From assembly GCA_963666985.2 (NCBI GenBank), contig CAXXIA010000002.1:2560001-2624000 (forward strand): a stretch of DNA of 64,000 nucleotides, read 5' to 3'. The position numbers and the translations under genes are program-made. The notes beneath the pieces are model-generated. The model had not been told where the DNA came from and did no database searches. It was given only the letters and a program-made list of their open reading frames with translations. Shown piece after piece: positions 46,388-57,883 of this stretch (within the stretch, counting starts at the first letter, position 1; each line of letters starts with the position of its first letter). Source of the DNA: Spirochaetia bacterium (GTDB lineage: Bacteria > Spirochaetota > Spirochaetia > DSM-2461).

Positions 46388-47386
46388 CTACTCGGCGTTC
46401 GAAACGAGGCCCTGAACTTCGCGAACAACGCGGACCTTCACGCCGTCTTCCAGCAGTGTCTGCCCCTGGTAGACGACTTTTTCTCCGGCTTCCAGACCCG
46501 AAACGATTTCCACGATGTCGCCGAGGACAATCCCCGGAACAACAAGGCGTTTCTCGGCTCTCTCTCCGTTGACGACGAATACAAATGTTTCGCCCAGGCG
46601 TCTGAGGACCGTATCGGCGGGAATCTTTACAACCCGGTCTTTTTCATCGGTAGTCAGGCGCACTTTGGCATACATGCCCGCCTTCGCCTTTCCTTCTCCC
46701 GCGGGAATGTCCATTTTAATTTCCAAAGTCCGGCTGGAGGCATCCACGACCGGATTTACCTCGTTTACCTTGAGCGGAATGCTTTGGCCAGGCCAGGCTT
46801 CCAGTTCGATTTCGGCATTCATTCCGAGACGAATTCGGGATATGAAGCGTTCGGGAATGGCGCAGACCACCTGAAGTTTGTTCAGGTCTCCGATGGTGGC
46901 CACCGGAACGGCGGGACTCACCGCGTCTCCGATATTCAAAGGTATGGATGTGATGGTTCCCGAAACCCGCGCTTTGACCGGACTCAGCGTATAATTCAGT
47001 CCGGGCCGCGAAGGATCGACTTCGGCGATAATCTGCCCTTTACGCACGAAATCACCCAAACCCACATACAGTCTGGCCAGGATTCCTTGAGTATCGGCGT
47101 AGATATCGACGGAACTGGCGGTAATCACCTCTCCGTTGGTTTCGAAGTAATCGGCGATGGGACCGAAGACGGATTCGGTTGTGTTCACCGCGAAAACGAC
47201 TTCCTGTTCCGCTGCGGTTTCGGCGGGAGCGCCGAAGAGTGCTCCCGAAGCCGCGCCGTTCTTTTTCCCGATGATGGTTTTCACGCCGAGAGCCGCGGCG
47301 GCCAGCAGGATAATCACCAGTATGATGATAACGATAAGGAATCCGCGGTTTCCTTTTTTCTTCCGGGATTTCTCTTCCTGATTCAT
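46388..47386 (-). CDS. RND efflux periplasmic adaptor
   Basis: N-terminal TM, NPVVDASSRT, SGLEAGEKVV; start set at MNQEE. Confidence 0.9.
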   Translation of the reverse strand: MNQEEKSRKKKGNRGFLIVIIILVIILLAAAALGVKTIIGKKNGAASGALFGAPAETAAEQEVVFAVNTTESVFGPIADYFETNGEVITASSVDIYADTQGILARLYVGLGDFVRKGQIIAEVDPSRPGLNYTLSPVKARVSGTITSIPLNIGDAVSPAVPVATIGDLNKLQVVCAIPERFISRIRLGMNAEIELEAWPGQSIPLKVNEVNPVVDASSRTLEIKMDIPAGEGKAKAGMYAKVRLTTDEKDRVVKIPADTVLRRLGETFVFVVNGERAEKRLVVPGIVLGDIVEIVSGLEAGEKVVYQGQTLLEDGVKVRVVREVQGLVSNAE

Positions 47387-47513
47387 TGATATCTCTCCTC
47401 TTATCGGCGCCGAGGCGCCGTTTGAGGCGGCCGGTCGGCCGCCCCGAATTTTCAATCTTGGTTATTTCAGATGCCGCCGCAAGTCCAAAGGGAATCTCGG
47501 CGGTATCGATTCT

Positions 47514-48893
47514 TTATTTCAGGAACTCACTCCTGGGCGCATTCAACGCGTATTCCAAATCAAGCAGGCCGGCGATGTAGTCGTACTTGGCCATCAGAAG
47601 CTGCTGAGAGGCCTCAAGATAGTCGGTCTGCGCGGACTCGACATCAAGAAGTTCCCGTGTTCCCACTTTGTAGGCTTCCTCGGTGAGCTGATAATTCTTC
47701 CAGGCCAGCCCAACGCTGGAGCTTGTGGCTTCGATGGTTTTGCGGGCCGTGGCCAGAGATTTCACATAGTTGGTGATTTCCATTCCGGCGTTCTCATAGG
47801 CCATTTCCATGGCCAGGTTCATGGAGTCTATACCGTCTTGAATTTCCTTGAGTGTAACATCGGTGCTCGAGCCGGGAATGAATCCGTCGAATTTCCACTG
47901 CAGCTCAAGTTTCAGGGTTCCCTGGTCCACCCAGTCGGTCCAGGGAGAGATTTCGGAATATCCAAGAACCGGATTGCCGCCCATCCCTACATCGGTTATT
48001 CCCATAAGGTATTCCGCGTTGCTGCCGGAAATGCCCCATGTATAGCCGAGATTAAGAGTCGGGGTGTTGAAGTTCCGCGCCGTGGATTTCTTTGTAAGCT
48101 CCAAGGCCTGAATCTGCAGCTGCAGGCTTCGCAGATCCAATCGTCCGGACAGATAACTGTTGATGAGAGCCTGGGTTTCCAAATCGTAGAGTTCGGTCTC
48201 CAAATCGCCGACCAGCTCAATCTCCGTGTTCAGATCCACGCCGAGGAGGAATTTAAAGGCCAGGAACATCCGGTCGTACATGGCAACGACGGAATCGTAA
48301 ACCGGCTGGAGATTGGCCACCGTTACTTCGGCGGAAAGCACTTCCAATTCGGGCACCAGACCGTTTACGTAGTTGTTTCGGGCCTGTTCCAGCCGTTTGC
48401 GCGCCAAATTGATATTCGCTTCCTGAATACGGATATTCTCTTTATTGGCCAAAAGGCCGTAGAACTGTTTCTGAATATCCCGTTCCAGCTGTTTGCGGGC
48501 ATCTTCGTAATCCAAAAGTCCGGCCTGATAATCAACCTGGAGTTTCTTGATGCTTGATGAGAGTCCGATGTTGATGGGAAGGCTGAGGGCCAGCCCGGCC
48601 TGGATTCCGAAATTCCCCGCGTCGCCGAAGCCGGAACTCGAATAATAATCGTGGTCGAAGATGATATGGCTGTCGGATACGCCGGCCGAAGCGGCCATGG
48701 TCGGCAGGAAGGCGTTCCAGGCCGTATCTTTCGCCCGTTCGGCCGTTCGAAGCGTAATTCCGGCCTGCTTCAGGCTCAGATTCTGTGCGGCCGCCATTTC
48801 GACGGCTTCATCAACGGTTAATGTCAGAGTTTCCGCCCCGATGCTTCCGGCCGCGGCGGCCGCGATAAGGGTGATAGCGATTATTCTGTTCAT
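47514..48893 (-). CDS. TolC-family outer membrane protein
   Basis: Signal peptide; two OEP repeats (YVNGLVPELEV, YKVGTRELLDV). Confidence 0.9.
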   Translation of the reverse strand: MNRIIAITLIAAAAAGSIGAETLTLTVDEAVEMAAAQNLSLKQAGITLRTAERAKDTAWNAFLPTMAASAGVSDSHIIFDHDYYSSSGFGDAGNFGIQAGLALSLPINIGLSSSIKKLQVDYQAGLLDYEDARKQLERDIQKQFYGLLANKENIRIQEANINLARKRLEQARNNYVNGLVPELEVLSAEVTVANLQPVYDSVVAMYDRMFLAFKFLLGVDLNTEIELVGDLETELYDLETQALINSYLSGRLDLRSLQLQIQALELTKKSTARNFNTPTLNLGYTWGISGSNAEYLMGITDVGMGGNPVLGYSEISPWTDWVDQGTLKLELQWKFDGFIPGSSTDVTLKEIQDGIDSMNLAMEMAYENAGMEITNYVKSLATARKTIEATSSSVGLAWKNYQLTEEAYKVGTRELLDVESAQTDYLEASQQLLMAKYDYIAGLLDLEYALNAPRSEFLK

Positions 48894-50068
48894 CAGATTG
48901 TTCTCCTAAGAGCTGAAATCCCGCCTGAAATGAGACGGTAGAGATCCTTCAGTCCCTGTTCAATTTGAATTCTGACCGAGTCCTCGGTCAAATTATGTTT
49001 AATTTCTATAACGCATGCGAGATTTACCAAGCCGAGGAATTCCTTGGCCGAATATCCCCTAAGGTTTATAAGACCGTCATCCAAGATGGGTTTTATGGTT
49101 TGGATGAAGTATTCCTCCAGAAGGCTTTTTTGTTTCGGGATTTTGATTCCGTAAGACATAAACCGCTGCAGGTAATTGATGATTTCCGGAGAACGCCGAA
49201 GGAAGGATCCTGCAAAGGCTATATAGGAGAAAAGCCGATCGGCGGGATCGGAATATTTTTCGGAAAATTCGATATAGAGATCGCAGAACAAGGCGATTTG
49301 ACGTTCAAGCACATCGGCGAGCATCGCGTCTTTGCCGGGCCAGTAATTATAGAGGCTGCTTTTCGTCAGTCCGGCTTTCTTGGCCACCCTTCCGAGGGAA
49401 ATCTCATATCCGGCTTCTTCCATAACGGTTTCAAACACCGCGTTCATCAGCGGATCGGCTTTGAAAATGCCGTAATCGATTGTCGAAGCATCTTTTAAAA
49501 GCCGATCGAAATCGGGTAAGCGGTCGACGGCTTCGGTTGCGAATCCCCTCGTCCAAACGGTTTCCCAATTTTCATGGCCGGATGTTCCGGTGATTTTCTT
49601 TCTGATTACGAGCATCACCAGAGCATCCAAATAGCGCATTCCCACGGAGGGAATTCCCGCGTTGTTCCAAGCAATGCTGTAAAAGGAATCCCTGTGCTTT
49701 CTCATTATCGGCGGTTCGTTCGGTTGGTTGCGGTATCGATAGGAGAGGAAGCCGAGATATTTGCCGTATGTGCCGATGAGCGTGAGATTGTCGCCGATGT
49801 AGATTCGGGCGAACTCGTCGCCTTGACACTTCGACAGGCGTTCAAGCTGATCAACGGTATGGGTATCGAAGATTTGCAGGGCCTTCTCTTCCATGGCCTG
49901 TTCCAGTTTTTCTTTCTTTGAGAAATAGCGGTACAGGGCCTGTTTGGTAATATCGAGAGAGGCGGCAATCTCGGAAAGCGAGGTATTCCGGTATCGGCCT
50001 GCGCTCCAGATGTCGAAAGCCGTTTCGAGGATTTCCCGTTTTTTTTCTTCGTGTTTATCGCGTTTCAT
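48893..50068 (-). CDS. Tandem (double-HTH) TetR-family regulator
   Basis: Two HTHs: SLSEIAASLDITKQALYRYF and SLGRVAKKAGLTKSSLYNYW. Confidence 0.85.
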   Translation of the reverse strand: MKRDKHEEKKREILETAFDIWSAGRYRNTSLSEIAASLDITKQALYRYFSKKEKLEQAMEEKALQIFDTHTVDQLERLSKCQGDEFARIYIGDNLTLIGTYGKYLGFLSYRYRNQPNEPPIMRKHRDSFYSIAWNNAGIPSVGMRYLDALVMLVIRKKITGTSGHENWETVWTRGFATEAVDRLPDFDRLLKDASTIDYGIFKADPLMNAVFETVMEEAGYEISLGRVAKKAGLTKSSLYNYWPGKDAMLADVLERQIALFCDLYIEFSEKYSDPADRLFSYIAFAGSFLRRSPEIINYLQRFMSYGIKIPKQKSLLEEYFIQTIKPILDDGLINLRGYSAKEFLGLVNLACVIEIKHNLTEDSVRIQIEQGLKDLYRLISGGISALRRTI

Positions 50069-50073
50069 TTAGT

Positions 50074-50112
50074 TGACGACCGTTCGTGAAGAAAGTTACC
50101 GACCGTTCGTTA
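50074..50112. promoter_or_regulatory. Tandem candidate TetR operators
   Basis: CGACCGTTCGT at 50077-50087 and 50100-50110, just upstream of the TetR start. Confidence 0.6.
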
Positions 50113-50211
50113 AAAAATCAAGGCGGCGAAGACTCTTTTTCATTAAATTTTCATGAACGGCCGGTGCCGGGAATGAAGTGGAAGAATGATAAGACGGCGA
50201 AAAGCCGGTTT

Positions 50212-51186
50212 TCAGTCCAGCCGGTCCGCGAAAATCTGCATGAGATGTTCGGTTACATCGAAACGGTCGCCGGGAATGGTGCATCCCGCGGCCTTTTTAT
50301 GACCGCCGCCGCCGAAGAAGCGGGCGATATCGGAGACGTCGAGATCTGAAATCGCCCGCAAACCGACGACGCAGTTGCCGTCGTTTTGTTCTCTGATAAC
50401 GGCGGCGGCCTCAATTCCGGAGATACTCATCAACAGCTGATAGAGCATATCCGAATCCCGTTCGCTCCCCAGCTCGCGCCAGTCCTTCCATGTTTCCCAC
50501 GCGATAACGAGACGGCCTCCGAAATAGAGTTCCGCGCGTTCCAGAACCCGTCCGAGAAGTTTCCGTGAACCGAGAGTTCGCCCCCCCGCAAGGAGCCGGA
50601 ACGTCTCCGACGGCGAGGCTCCCGCCGCGACGAGTCTTGAAACGAATTCCAGCGGTTCGGATCGGCCCGGTTCTATATGCCGGAAATATCCCGTATCCGT
50701 GCAGAATCCAAGGAACAGAAGTTCGGCTTCTTCCCGGGTAGGTTTATCGCCCGCGGCTTCAATAAGTTCTTGAATAAGAAGCGTGGTTGAGGGACTTAAG
50801 GCGTCGACAAAGCGGATATCTCCGTAATCGCTGCCGGCCGCATGATGATCGATAACCAAAACCGGAGCTTTCGGGAGAACTTTTTCGGGGAAACCGGTTC
50901 TGTCGAACGATGAACAGTCCAGGATTACCGTCAGCGGTGAAGCTCCGTCCGGAACTTCCGGGATTCTGTCTTTGAAGAAAGGCTGCCAATCGGCGATTTC
51001 GGGCCGTCCCCAGGGACCGACCGAACAAAGATGCACCGTTTTACCCCGGCGCTCAAGCCAGCTGCCGAGAGCTCGCTGTGAGCCGAGGCAGTCGGCATCC
51101 GGATCTTCATGACCCAGGATAAAGAACACATCATGACTTTCCAGTGCGTTGAGAACTGCTGAGAGGGCCGCCTTTTCCCGTTTCAA
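50212..51186 (-). CDS. nrnA: DHH-family phosphoesterase (NrnA-like)
   Basis: HEDPDAD, IDHH, TDTG, GGGHKKAAG. Confidence 0.85.
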   Translation of the reverse strand: MKREKAALSAVLNALESHDVFFILGHEDPDADCLGSQRALGSWLERRGKTVHLCSVGPWGRPEIADWQPFFKDRIPEVPDGASPLTVILDCSSFDRTGFPEKVLPKAPVLVIDHHAAGSDYGDIRFVDALSPSTTLLIQELIEAAGDKPTREEAELLFLGFCTDTGYFRHIEPGRSEPLEFVSRLVAAGASPSETFRLLAGGRTLGSRKLLGRVLERAELYFGGRLVIAWETWKDWRELGSERDSDMLYQLLMSISGIEAAAVIREQNDGNCVVGLRAISDLDVSDIARFFGGGGHKKAAGCTIPGDRFDVTEHLMQIFADRLD

Positions 51187-51197
51187 GGACGAATGAA

Positions 51198-51611
51198 TTA
51201 ATACGTAATGACCGGTTTGGAGTCCGGAGAGGGGAATTCTCCGGAGTAATCTACGCCCGGATCCAGAGAACCCCAGCTTTCATGTGCCGGGTTTTCCATG
51301 AGATACAGGTGAAAATGATCGATTTCTCCATCCTTGTAATAGAACGTTACATACGGATATGCTTTGCCTTCTCCCATGGTAATGGTGCCGATATTGGCGG
51401 TGCCTTGAAACCATTCGATGGGCGCCCAGAGAACTCCCATGGTGTAATTCTGGCGGATGTAGTCGATTCTGTAGCCTTTGGTATGAGGATAGATGTATTT
51501 AATCTGAAGCGACTTGGGATAAAGTACGGATTCGTTTTCGTATTCGTCGGCGAAAAGACCCGCAGCACCGACGAGGAGTGCCAGGATAACGAACAGAGTC
51601 TTGCGTTTCAC
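51198..51611 (-). CDS. Secreted hypothetical protein
   Basis: GTG start after GGAGG; signal peptide VKRKTLFVILALLVGAAGLFA. Confidence 0.7.
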   Translation of the reverse strand: MKRKTLFVILALLVGAAGLFADEYENESVLYPKSLQIKYIYPHTKGYRIDYIRQNYTMGVLWAPIEWFQGTANIGTITMGEGKAYPYVTFYYKDGEIDHFHLYLMENPAHESWGSLDPGVDYSGEFPSPDSKPVITY

Positions 51612-51754
51612 GGTTTTGCCTCCCTGCGTTACCAAAGTATGCCTTATCTGCATTATCGAATTCAAGCGTTATTTCAGGTTAAAACGGGCTGATAAAAATA
51701 TTGCGGCGTTTTGGGGCAATGATTTACGTCTCTTGCGCGTTCTTGAAAGGGCTT

Positions 51755-54238
51755 CTACGAATCGGCCTTGGTTTTTCCGGCGGTTCGCCTGCGGGAAAAG
51801 GTTCCCTTGGGAAAGAGATCGGTCAGCGCGCCGCCGAGGCTTTCATGAAAGAGAAAGGTCATTTCGTCTTTGACTTCCGGCGGAAGTTCATCGGCGTCGC
51901 GTTTATTGTCTTTCGGCATAACGACGATACCGAAGCCCCGGCGTCTGGCGGCGAGTGATTTCTCCTTAACGCCTCCAATGGGCAGAACCCTGTCGGTGAG
52001 GGTGATTTCTCCGGTCATGGCGATTCCGGTTTTTAAGGGGATTTCCAATGCGGCCGAGAGAAGGGCCGCGGTAAGGGCGATGCCCGCGGAGGGACCGTCT
52101 ACGGGAATCGCTCCCTGGGGAACATGGATGTGGATGTCTTTCTTTTTATCGAAGTCGGCTTTCAGGCCGAATCGGTCTTTGTTGGCTTTCAGGTAGGAGA
52201 GGGCGATCTGGGCGCTTTCCTTCATAACTTCGCCGAGCTGCCCCGTTAGGAGAAGCTTGCCGGTTCCGTCGAAAATACGAGCTTCGATGGGAAGAACGCC
52301 TCCTCCGCCTCCGTCATAATAGAGGCCGGGCGCGAGTCCCGGCCGTCCCGCGGTTCCCAAATCGTCTTCAAGGCGTTCTTTTCCCAAGAAATCGCGGATC
52401 ATATCCGGTTTGATGTCCAGTTTATAGCCTTTCAGATCGGGCAGATCGTTTGACGGTTTTTCACAAATCGCGGCCAATCCCTGATTTTTATGCAGCGCGG
52501 CGCTGTTGATTAACCAGCGGCCGGGCCGGGTTTGTTCATCATGCAGGAGTTTTCGGGTGACTTTCCTCATGACTTGGCTGATGGACCGTTCCATATTTCG
52601 AACGCCCGCTTCGAGGGTGTAGCCGCGAATAAGTAAGTCCAGGGAATCATCTCCAATTCGGATTCCTGCGTCTTCCAAGCCGTTTTCCATTTTTTGCTTG
52701 GGAATGATGAACTGACGGGCGATGTTCTTTTTTTCAACCATGGTGTATCCGGGAATGCGGATGACTTCCATTCGGTCCAGCAGAGGGTGGGGAATATTTT
52801 CCAGACTGTTGGCGGTTGTGATGAACATCACTTCCGAAAGGTCGAAGGGGACTTCGAGGTAATGATCGGTAAAGGTATCGTTCTGTTCCGGATCGAGCAC
52901 TTCCAGGAGCGCCGAAGAAGGATCGCCCCGATAATCGTTGGCCATTTTATCGATTTCATCCAGCAGAAAGACCGGATTCATGGAACCGGCCCGTTTGAGG
53001 GCTTGGATAATTTTTCCGGGCAGGGCGCCGACATAGGTTTTTCGATGGCCACGTATTTCCGCCTCATCCCGGACGCCTCCGAGGGAAATTCGGACGAACT
53101 TACGGTCAAGAGAACGGGCGACCGAACGTCCCAGGGATGTTTTTCCGGTTCCGGGGGGGCCGACGAAGCAGAGAATAGGGCTTTTAACTTTCGATTTGAG
53201 CTGGCGGACGGCAATGAAATCCAGAATACGTTCTTTCGGTTTGTCGAGTCCGAAATGGTCCGCGTTCAGGATTCGGGCCGCTTCGGCGATGTCGTGTCTG
53301 TCGGTGGTCCGAACGTTCCAGGGAAGGTCGATGATCCATTCAAGATAGGTGCGGAGCACTCCGGATTCGGGGCTCATGGGCTGGAGTCTTGCCAGGCGTT
53401 TGACTTCCACCAAAGCCTTTTCCTTTGTTTCTTCCGGAAGATCCATTTCAAACAGCTTCCGTTCGAGTTCCTGAGCGCCCGTGGGATCGGCTTCTTCGCC
53501 GCCCAGCTCCTTGTGGATTTCTTTGAGCTGTTCGTTAAGAAAGAATTCCCTTTGCGAACGTTCCATTCGCTTCTTCACGCGTCCGCTGATGTCGTTCCTG
53601 AGTCCCTGGAATTCGTTCTCCATCCGCAGCATCATGGAGAGTTCTTCCAGCCTCTTGCGGGAATCAATTTCCAGCAGGAAGGGAATTTTCTTCTCCGGCG
53701 GAACTTCCAAGACCGAGCAGATATGTCCAACCAGCTTTTCGGGTGTATCGGCTTTGGCGATGTTTGTCAGGGTTTCTCTGGGAAGTTTCTTTTTGCGAAT
53801 TTTGGCGTAAGCGTCGAAATCGTCTTTGACGGCTTTCATCAGAACGTCCAGACCGTCCGCAGAAGAATCCTCAAGGATGCGGTACTGACCCCAAGTAACA
53901 TCTTTCTTTTGCTTGACGCGCTTCAAAGCTGCCCGGCTTCGGCCTTCAACGAGAATTCTCATATTCCCGTCGGGAAGCTTGAGCACTTGTATAATCCGGG
54001 CGATTGTGCCGATGGGATGAATATCGTCGACCGTGGGATCTTCGGATGATGATTTCTGAAAGGTCAGGAAAATTTCCCTGCCCATGGAGGTTGCCGTATT
54101 CAGTGCTTTAAGCGATGCCGCGCGTCCGACGAAAAAAGGAACGACGTTAAAGGGAAAAACAACCAGTTCCCTTAACGGGATGAGGGGAAGTTCTCCCCTT
54201 TCGCTAAGCACCGATTCGTTTGACTTCATCCGGTTCAT
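51755..54238 (-). CDS. lon: Lon protease
   Basis: LON N-domain, [27 protein letters not shown]. Confidence 0.97.
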   Translation of the reverse strand: MNRMKSNESVLSERGELPLIPLRELVVFPFNVVPFFVGRAASLKALNTATSMGREIFLTFQKSSSEDPTVDDIHPIGTIARIIQVLKLPDGNMRILVEGRSRAALKRVKQKKDVTWGQYRILEDSSADGLDVLMKAVKDDFDAYAKIRKKKLPRETLTNIAKADTPEKLVGHICSVLEVPPEKKIPFLLEIDSRKRLEELSMMLRMENEFQGLRNDISGRVKKRMERSQREFFLNEQLKEIHKELGGEEADPTGAQELERKLFEMDLPEETKEKALVEVKRLARLQPMSPESGVLRTYLEWIIDLPWNVRTTDRHDIAEAARILNADHFGLDKPKERILDFIAVRQLKSKVKSPILCFVGPPGTGKTSLGRSVARSLDRKFVRISLGGVRDEAEIRGHRKTYVGALPGKIIQALKRAGSMNPVFLLDEIDKMANDYRGDPSSALLEVLDPEQNDTFTDHYLEVPFDLSEVMFITTANSLENIPHPLLDRMEVIRIPGYTMVEKKNIARQFIIPKQKMENGLEDAGIRIGDDSLDLLIRGYTLEAGVRNMERSISQVMRKVTRKLLHDEQTRPGRWLINSAALHKNQGLAAICEKPSNDLPDLKGYKLDIKPDMIRDFLGKERLEDDLGTAGRPGLAPGLYYDGGGGGVLPIEARIFDGTGKLLLTGQLGEVMKESAQIALSYLKANKDRFGLKADFDKKKDIHIHVPQGAIPVDGPSAGIALTAALLSAALEIPLKTGIAMTGEITLTDRVLPIGGVKEKSLAARRRGFGIVVMPKDNKRDADELPPEVKDEMTFLFHESLGGALTDLFPKGTFSRRRTAGKTKADS

Positions 54239-55493
54239 CGCCGCTTTCTTCCGGCAATTCCCCGAGATCGATTATCTCGGGTTGAACCCCATCTTCGATA
54301 ACATCCTTGTTCACGATGACTTTTTTCCGGCCCTTCATGGACGGAAGTTCGTACATAATGTCGATCATCGCCGATTCGACGATGGAACGGATTCCGCGCG
54401 CTCCCGTTTTCTGCTTCAGAGCTTTCGCGGCTACGGCGCCGATGGCTTCTTTCTTGAATTCAAGTTCCACTCCGTCCATTTCCATGGAGACCGTATACTG
54501 CTTCACCACCGAGTTTTTCGGTTCGGTAACGATGCGGACGAGTTCGTCTTCGGATAGATCGTCCAGAGCCACCTGTATGGGAAGACGGCCGATAAACTCC
54601 GGAATCAGACCGAATTTAATCAGATCGTCGGGGTGCAGCTTGCTGAAGAGTTCCGAAAGGCTGCGGTCTCCGCTTTTGCGAATGTCGGCGCCGAATCCAA
54701 GCGGATGCTCGGCAACCCTGGATTCGATAATCTTGTCCAATCCGACGAACGCGCCGCCGCAGATAACCAGAATGTTTGAGGTGTCGATTTTAAGCATTTC
54801 CTGATTCGGATGCTTTCTGCCTCCCTGAGGCGGAACGGAGGCCGTTGTTCCTTCAATGATTTTGAGCAGAGCCTGCTGTACGCCTTCGCCTGAAACGTCC
54901 CGGGTAATGGAGACGTTCTCACCTTTTCGGGCGATTTTATCAATTTCATCGATATAGATGATGCCCCGTTCGGCCGCGGCGATGTTGTTGCCGGCCGCCT
55001 GGATGAGTTTGAGCAGAATGTTTTCAACGTCTTCACCCACATAACCGGCTTCGGTAAGGGTGGTGGCGTCGGCAATGGCGAAGGGAACTTTCAGTTTCTG
55101 CGCCAAGGTTTTCGCCAGCAGGGTTTTCCCCGAACCGGTCGGACCGATTAAGAGAACATTGGACTTTTCAAGTTCAACCTCTCCGTTGGAGATTTGACCT
55201 TTATGCTTAATTCGCTTGTAGTGGTTGTATACCGCTACCGAGAGAACCCTTTTGGCCAGTTCCTGTCCGATGACATACTGATCCAGGTATCCTTTGATTT
55301 CCTTGGGAACGGGGAGATCTTCGGTGAATTCGGCGGTGATGTTTTCACTTTCTTCGGCAAGAATACGGTTGCAGACCGCGACGCATTCGTCACAGATATA
55401 AACGCCCGGTCCGGCAATGAGTTTTTTGGCCATTTCCGAGGTTTTGCCGCAGAACGAGCAAACCTTGACTTCCTTGCCTTTAACCCTTGCCAT
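54204..55493 (-). CDS. clpX: ATP-dependent Clp protease ATP-binding subunit
   Basis: CSFCGK/CDEC zinc finger, [18 protein letters not shown]. Confidence 0.98.
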   Translation of the reverse strand: MARVKGKEVKVCSFCGKTSEMAKKLIAGPGVYICDECVAVCNRILAEESENITAEFTEDLPVPKEIKGYLDQYVIGQELAKRVLSVAVYNHYKRIKHKGQISNGEVELEKSNVLLIGPTGSGKTLLAKTLAQKLKVPFAIADATTLTEAGYVGEDVENILLKLIQAAGNNIAAAERGIIYIDEIDKIARKGENVSITRDVSGEGVQQALLKIIEGTTASVPPQGGRKHPNQEMLKIDTSNILVICGGAFVGLDKIIESRVAEHPLGFGADIRKSGDRSLSELFSKLHPDDLIKFGLIPEFIGRLPIQVALDDLSEDELVRIVTEPKNSVVKQYTVSMEMDGVELEFKKEAIGAVAAKALKQKTGARGIRSIVESAMIDIMYELPSMKGRKKVIVNKDVIEDGVQPEIIDLGELPEESGDEPDEVKRIGA

Positions 55494-56088
55494 TTTCTTC
55501 CCTCAACAAGATACGGTCGACGATGCCGTATTCCATCGCTTCCGAGGCCGACATGAAGAAATCGCGTTCCAGATCGATCGCGATGGTCTTCTCATCCTTG
55601 CCGGAATTCTGGGCGAGGTAATTGATCAGCATGCGCTTGAGTCTTACGATTTCCCTGGCCTGGATGCCGATATCGACGGCTTGTCCCTGGACGCCTCCCC
55701 AGGGCTGATGAATAAGGATTCGCGAGGAAGGCAGCGCCATCCTCTTTCCCTTGGTTCCGCCGGCGAGCAGGATGGCCCCCATCGAGGCCGCCTGTCCCAT
55801 GCAGATGGTCTGTACGTCGGCATTGATATAGCGCATCGTATCGTAGATGGCCAAACCGGCCGTAACCGATCCGCCCGGGCTGTTGATGTAAAAGCTGATG
55901 TCTTTTTCGGGATCCTGAGAATCAAGATACAGCATCTGGGCGACGATATGATCGGCGTCGATATCCCGAATCTCTCCGCCGAGGAAAATAATTCTCTCTT
56001 GGAGGAGTTTCGACCAGATGTCGTATCGCGTTTCTCCGATACCGGTCTTTTCGACGACGAAAGGATTATATGCGGCTCTGGTTTCCAT
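55480..56088 (-). CDS. clpP: Clp protease proteolytic subunit
   Basis: YINSPGG, AASMGA, IHQP, ERDFFMS. Confidence 0.98.
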   Translation of the reverse strand: METRAAYNPFVVEKTGIGETRYDIWSKLLQERIIFLGGEIRDIDADHIVAQMLYLDSQDPEKDISFYINSPGGSVTAGLAIYDTMRYINADVQTICMGQAASMGAILLAGGTKGKRMALPSSRILIHQPWGGVQGQAVDIGIQAREIVRLKRMLINYLAQNSGKDEKTIAIDLERDFFMSASEAMEYGIVDRILLREENGKG

Positions 56089-56113
56089 ATATTAACTCCG
56101 GGGCGAAGGCCTC

Positions 56114-57451
56114 CTAGGCGTTCATCAAGTCAGTATAGTCTATCTTCTCGCCTTTTTTGACGGAAGCGGCATCAATGAGGAAGTCAAAGAGCTTCTTCTG
56201 CACCAACTCATTCCTAAGATACTCTCGGAATTGGGCTCCGCCAAACATTTTTTCCAGTTCTTCGGCGGGCATGTTGAACTCTTCGGCCCTCTTCGCAAGT
56301 TCGGCCGTTATATCGTCATCGCCGGCTTCAATTTTTTCATTTTCGACGATTTTGCCGTAAATAAGGCGTGTTTTAATGGATTTGGTTGCATCGTCGCGCC
56401 ACTGCTCCAGAATCTCGGCCTTGCTTTTGTCTCCCTCTTCGAGAGCTTTCATCAGCACGTCCTCGGAAACACCGGACTGGCGGACGTAATCCTGCCATGT
56501 GTGTTCCAAATCCGATGCGACCATGGACTGCGGAACGGCAATCTCGGAGACATCCACGATTTTATCGGTCAGGTCGTTGATGAGCGAGGAGCGAACCTTT
56601 GAATCGGCCTGGAGCTTCAGGTCGTCTTTGATTTTCTTCTTTAAATCGTCGAGGGTTTTCAAGTCTTCCGAGACATCCTGGGCCAGTTCGTCGTCCAAGT
56701 CCGGAAGCTGACGTTCTTTTACGGCGACGATGGTTACGCCGAGCTTGACCGTCCGTCCGGCAACGACGGGATTCGCGTCCTCGCCGTATGTTTTTTCAAC
56801 GGTCTTCGAGTCGCCGGCTTTCATGCCGTCTATTTCGGATTCGATACCGTATGGATGGGAATCTTTACCGACGGTGAAAACGAATCCCTTGCGGCGGGTT
56901 CCTTCAAGAGGAGCCTCATCCTCACCGAGTTCCACATAGTCCATGGTAACCACCGCGGAATCGGCTACAAGGCCGTCCTTCTTGTCCACCACCACGGAAT
57001 TTCGTTCGCGGATGGCTTCAAGAGCCTCGGCTTCATGTTTCTTAAGGATCTGGACCTGCTGTTCTTTTACTTCAATGCCTTTGTATTCGCCGAGTTTAAT
57101 CTCGGGAAAGATATCGTAGGTAACCGTGAATTCGTACGGTTTCCCCAGCTCAATGGAAGGGAGATCTTCCAGAACGGGCTGCGAGATGGGATTCTCTTCG
57201 ATATCTTCGAAGGCCGCTTTCAGGGCCTCGTCCACCAAATCGGCGGCGGCTTCTTGCTTAATTCCTTCGCCGAATTTGCGAACCAAAACTTCCTTCGGAA
57301 CCTTGCCTTTGCGAAATCCGGGAATCTGAACCTGTTTGCCGTATTTGGCAAGCAAATCATTATAAGACTTTTCAGCGCCGTCGGCGGACACTTTCACGGT
57401 CAGCTTCACGGCGGAGTTCTCGAGTTTTTCGAACGTTTTATCGTCGATCAT
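56114..57451 (-). CDS. tig: Trigger factor
   Basis: IPGFRKGKVP; tig-clpP-clpX-lon synteny. Confidence 0.97.
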   Translation of the reverse strand: MIDDKTFEKLENSAVKLTVKVSADGAEKSYNDLLAKYGKQVQIPGFRKGKVPKEVLVRKFGEGIKQEAAADLVDEALKAAFEDIEENPISQPVLEDLPSIELGKPYEFTVTYDIFPEIKLGEYKGIEVKEQQVQILKKHEAEALEAIRERNSVVVDKKDGLVADSAVVTMDYVELGEDEAPLEGTRRKGFVFTVGKDSHPYGIESEIDGMKAGDSKTVEKTYGEDANPVVAGRTVKLGVTIVAVKERQLPDLDDELAQDVSEDLKTLDDLKKKIKDDLKLQADSKVRSSLINDLTDKIVDVSEIAVPQSMVASDLEHTWQDYVRQSGVSEDVLMKALEEGDKSKAEILEQWRDDATKSIKTRLIYGKIVENEKIEAGDDDITAELAKRAEEFNMPAEELEKMFGGAQFREYLRNELVQKKLFDFLIDAASVKKGEKIDYTDLMNA

Positions 57452-57558
57452 ATTCCTACCTCAATCGGGCAATAATAAAAAAAAGATCCGGCGGTCCGGA
57501 TCGCTGCGTTTCTTCCGGTCGCAATAAAGCGTCGGTCATCCTCGCGGCCTAAAAGAAA

Positions 57559-57638
57559 TGCGAGAGAAGGGACTTGAACCCTTACGCCGAAGCACTAGAT
57601 CCTAAATCTAGCGTGTCTACCAATTCCACCACTCTCGC
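57559..57638 (-). tRNA. tRNA-Leu (TAG)
   Basis: GCGAGAG acceptor stem, CTAGA-TTTAGGA-TCTAG anticodon arm, variable arm, GGTTCAAGTCC; CCA not encoded. Confidence 0.95.
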
Positions 57639-57765
57639 CTGGTTCGCCAAGTTCCTTATTTCCGTACCTGCGGACGGAAGGAAAGCCGGGGCCGTCCCTG
57701 AAAACTTTCCGGCGCCGTCCGGGAGTGTATAAAGAAAACGGGCGGCCTAGCCACCCGTTTTCGCA

Positions 57766-57838
57766 TGAGCCGTCAAGGGATCGAACCTTGGACCCGCAGA
57801 TTAAGAGTCTGCTGCTCTGCCAGCTGAGCTAACGGCCC
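57766..57838 (-). tRNA. tRNA-Lys (CTT)
   Basis: GGGCCGT acceptor stem, GCAGA-CTCTTAA-TCTGC anticodon arm, GGTTCGATCC; CCA not encoded. Confidence 0.95.
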
Positions 57839-57883
57839 TCGTTTTTCGTGCCAGAGCAATTTACTGATTTTTCACTTTCCTGT

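Noticed and set aside
52694..54049. Long antisense ORFs (also 6367-7290, 17589-18548, 18547-19584, 22731-23708, 46328-47389)
   Set aside because: Shadows of well-supported genes on the opposite strand with no recognisable motifs
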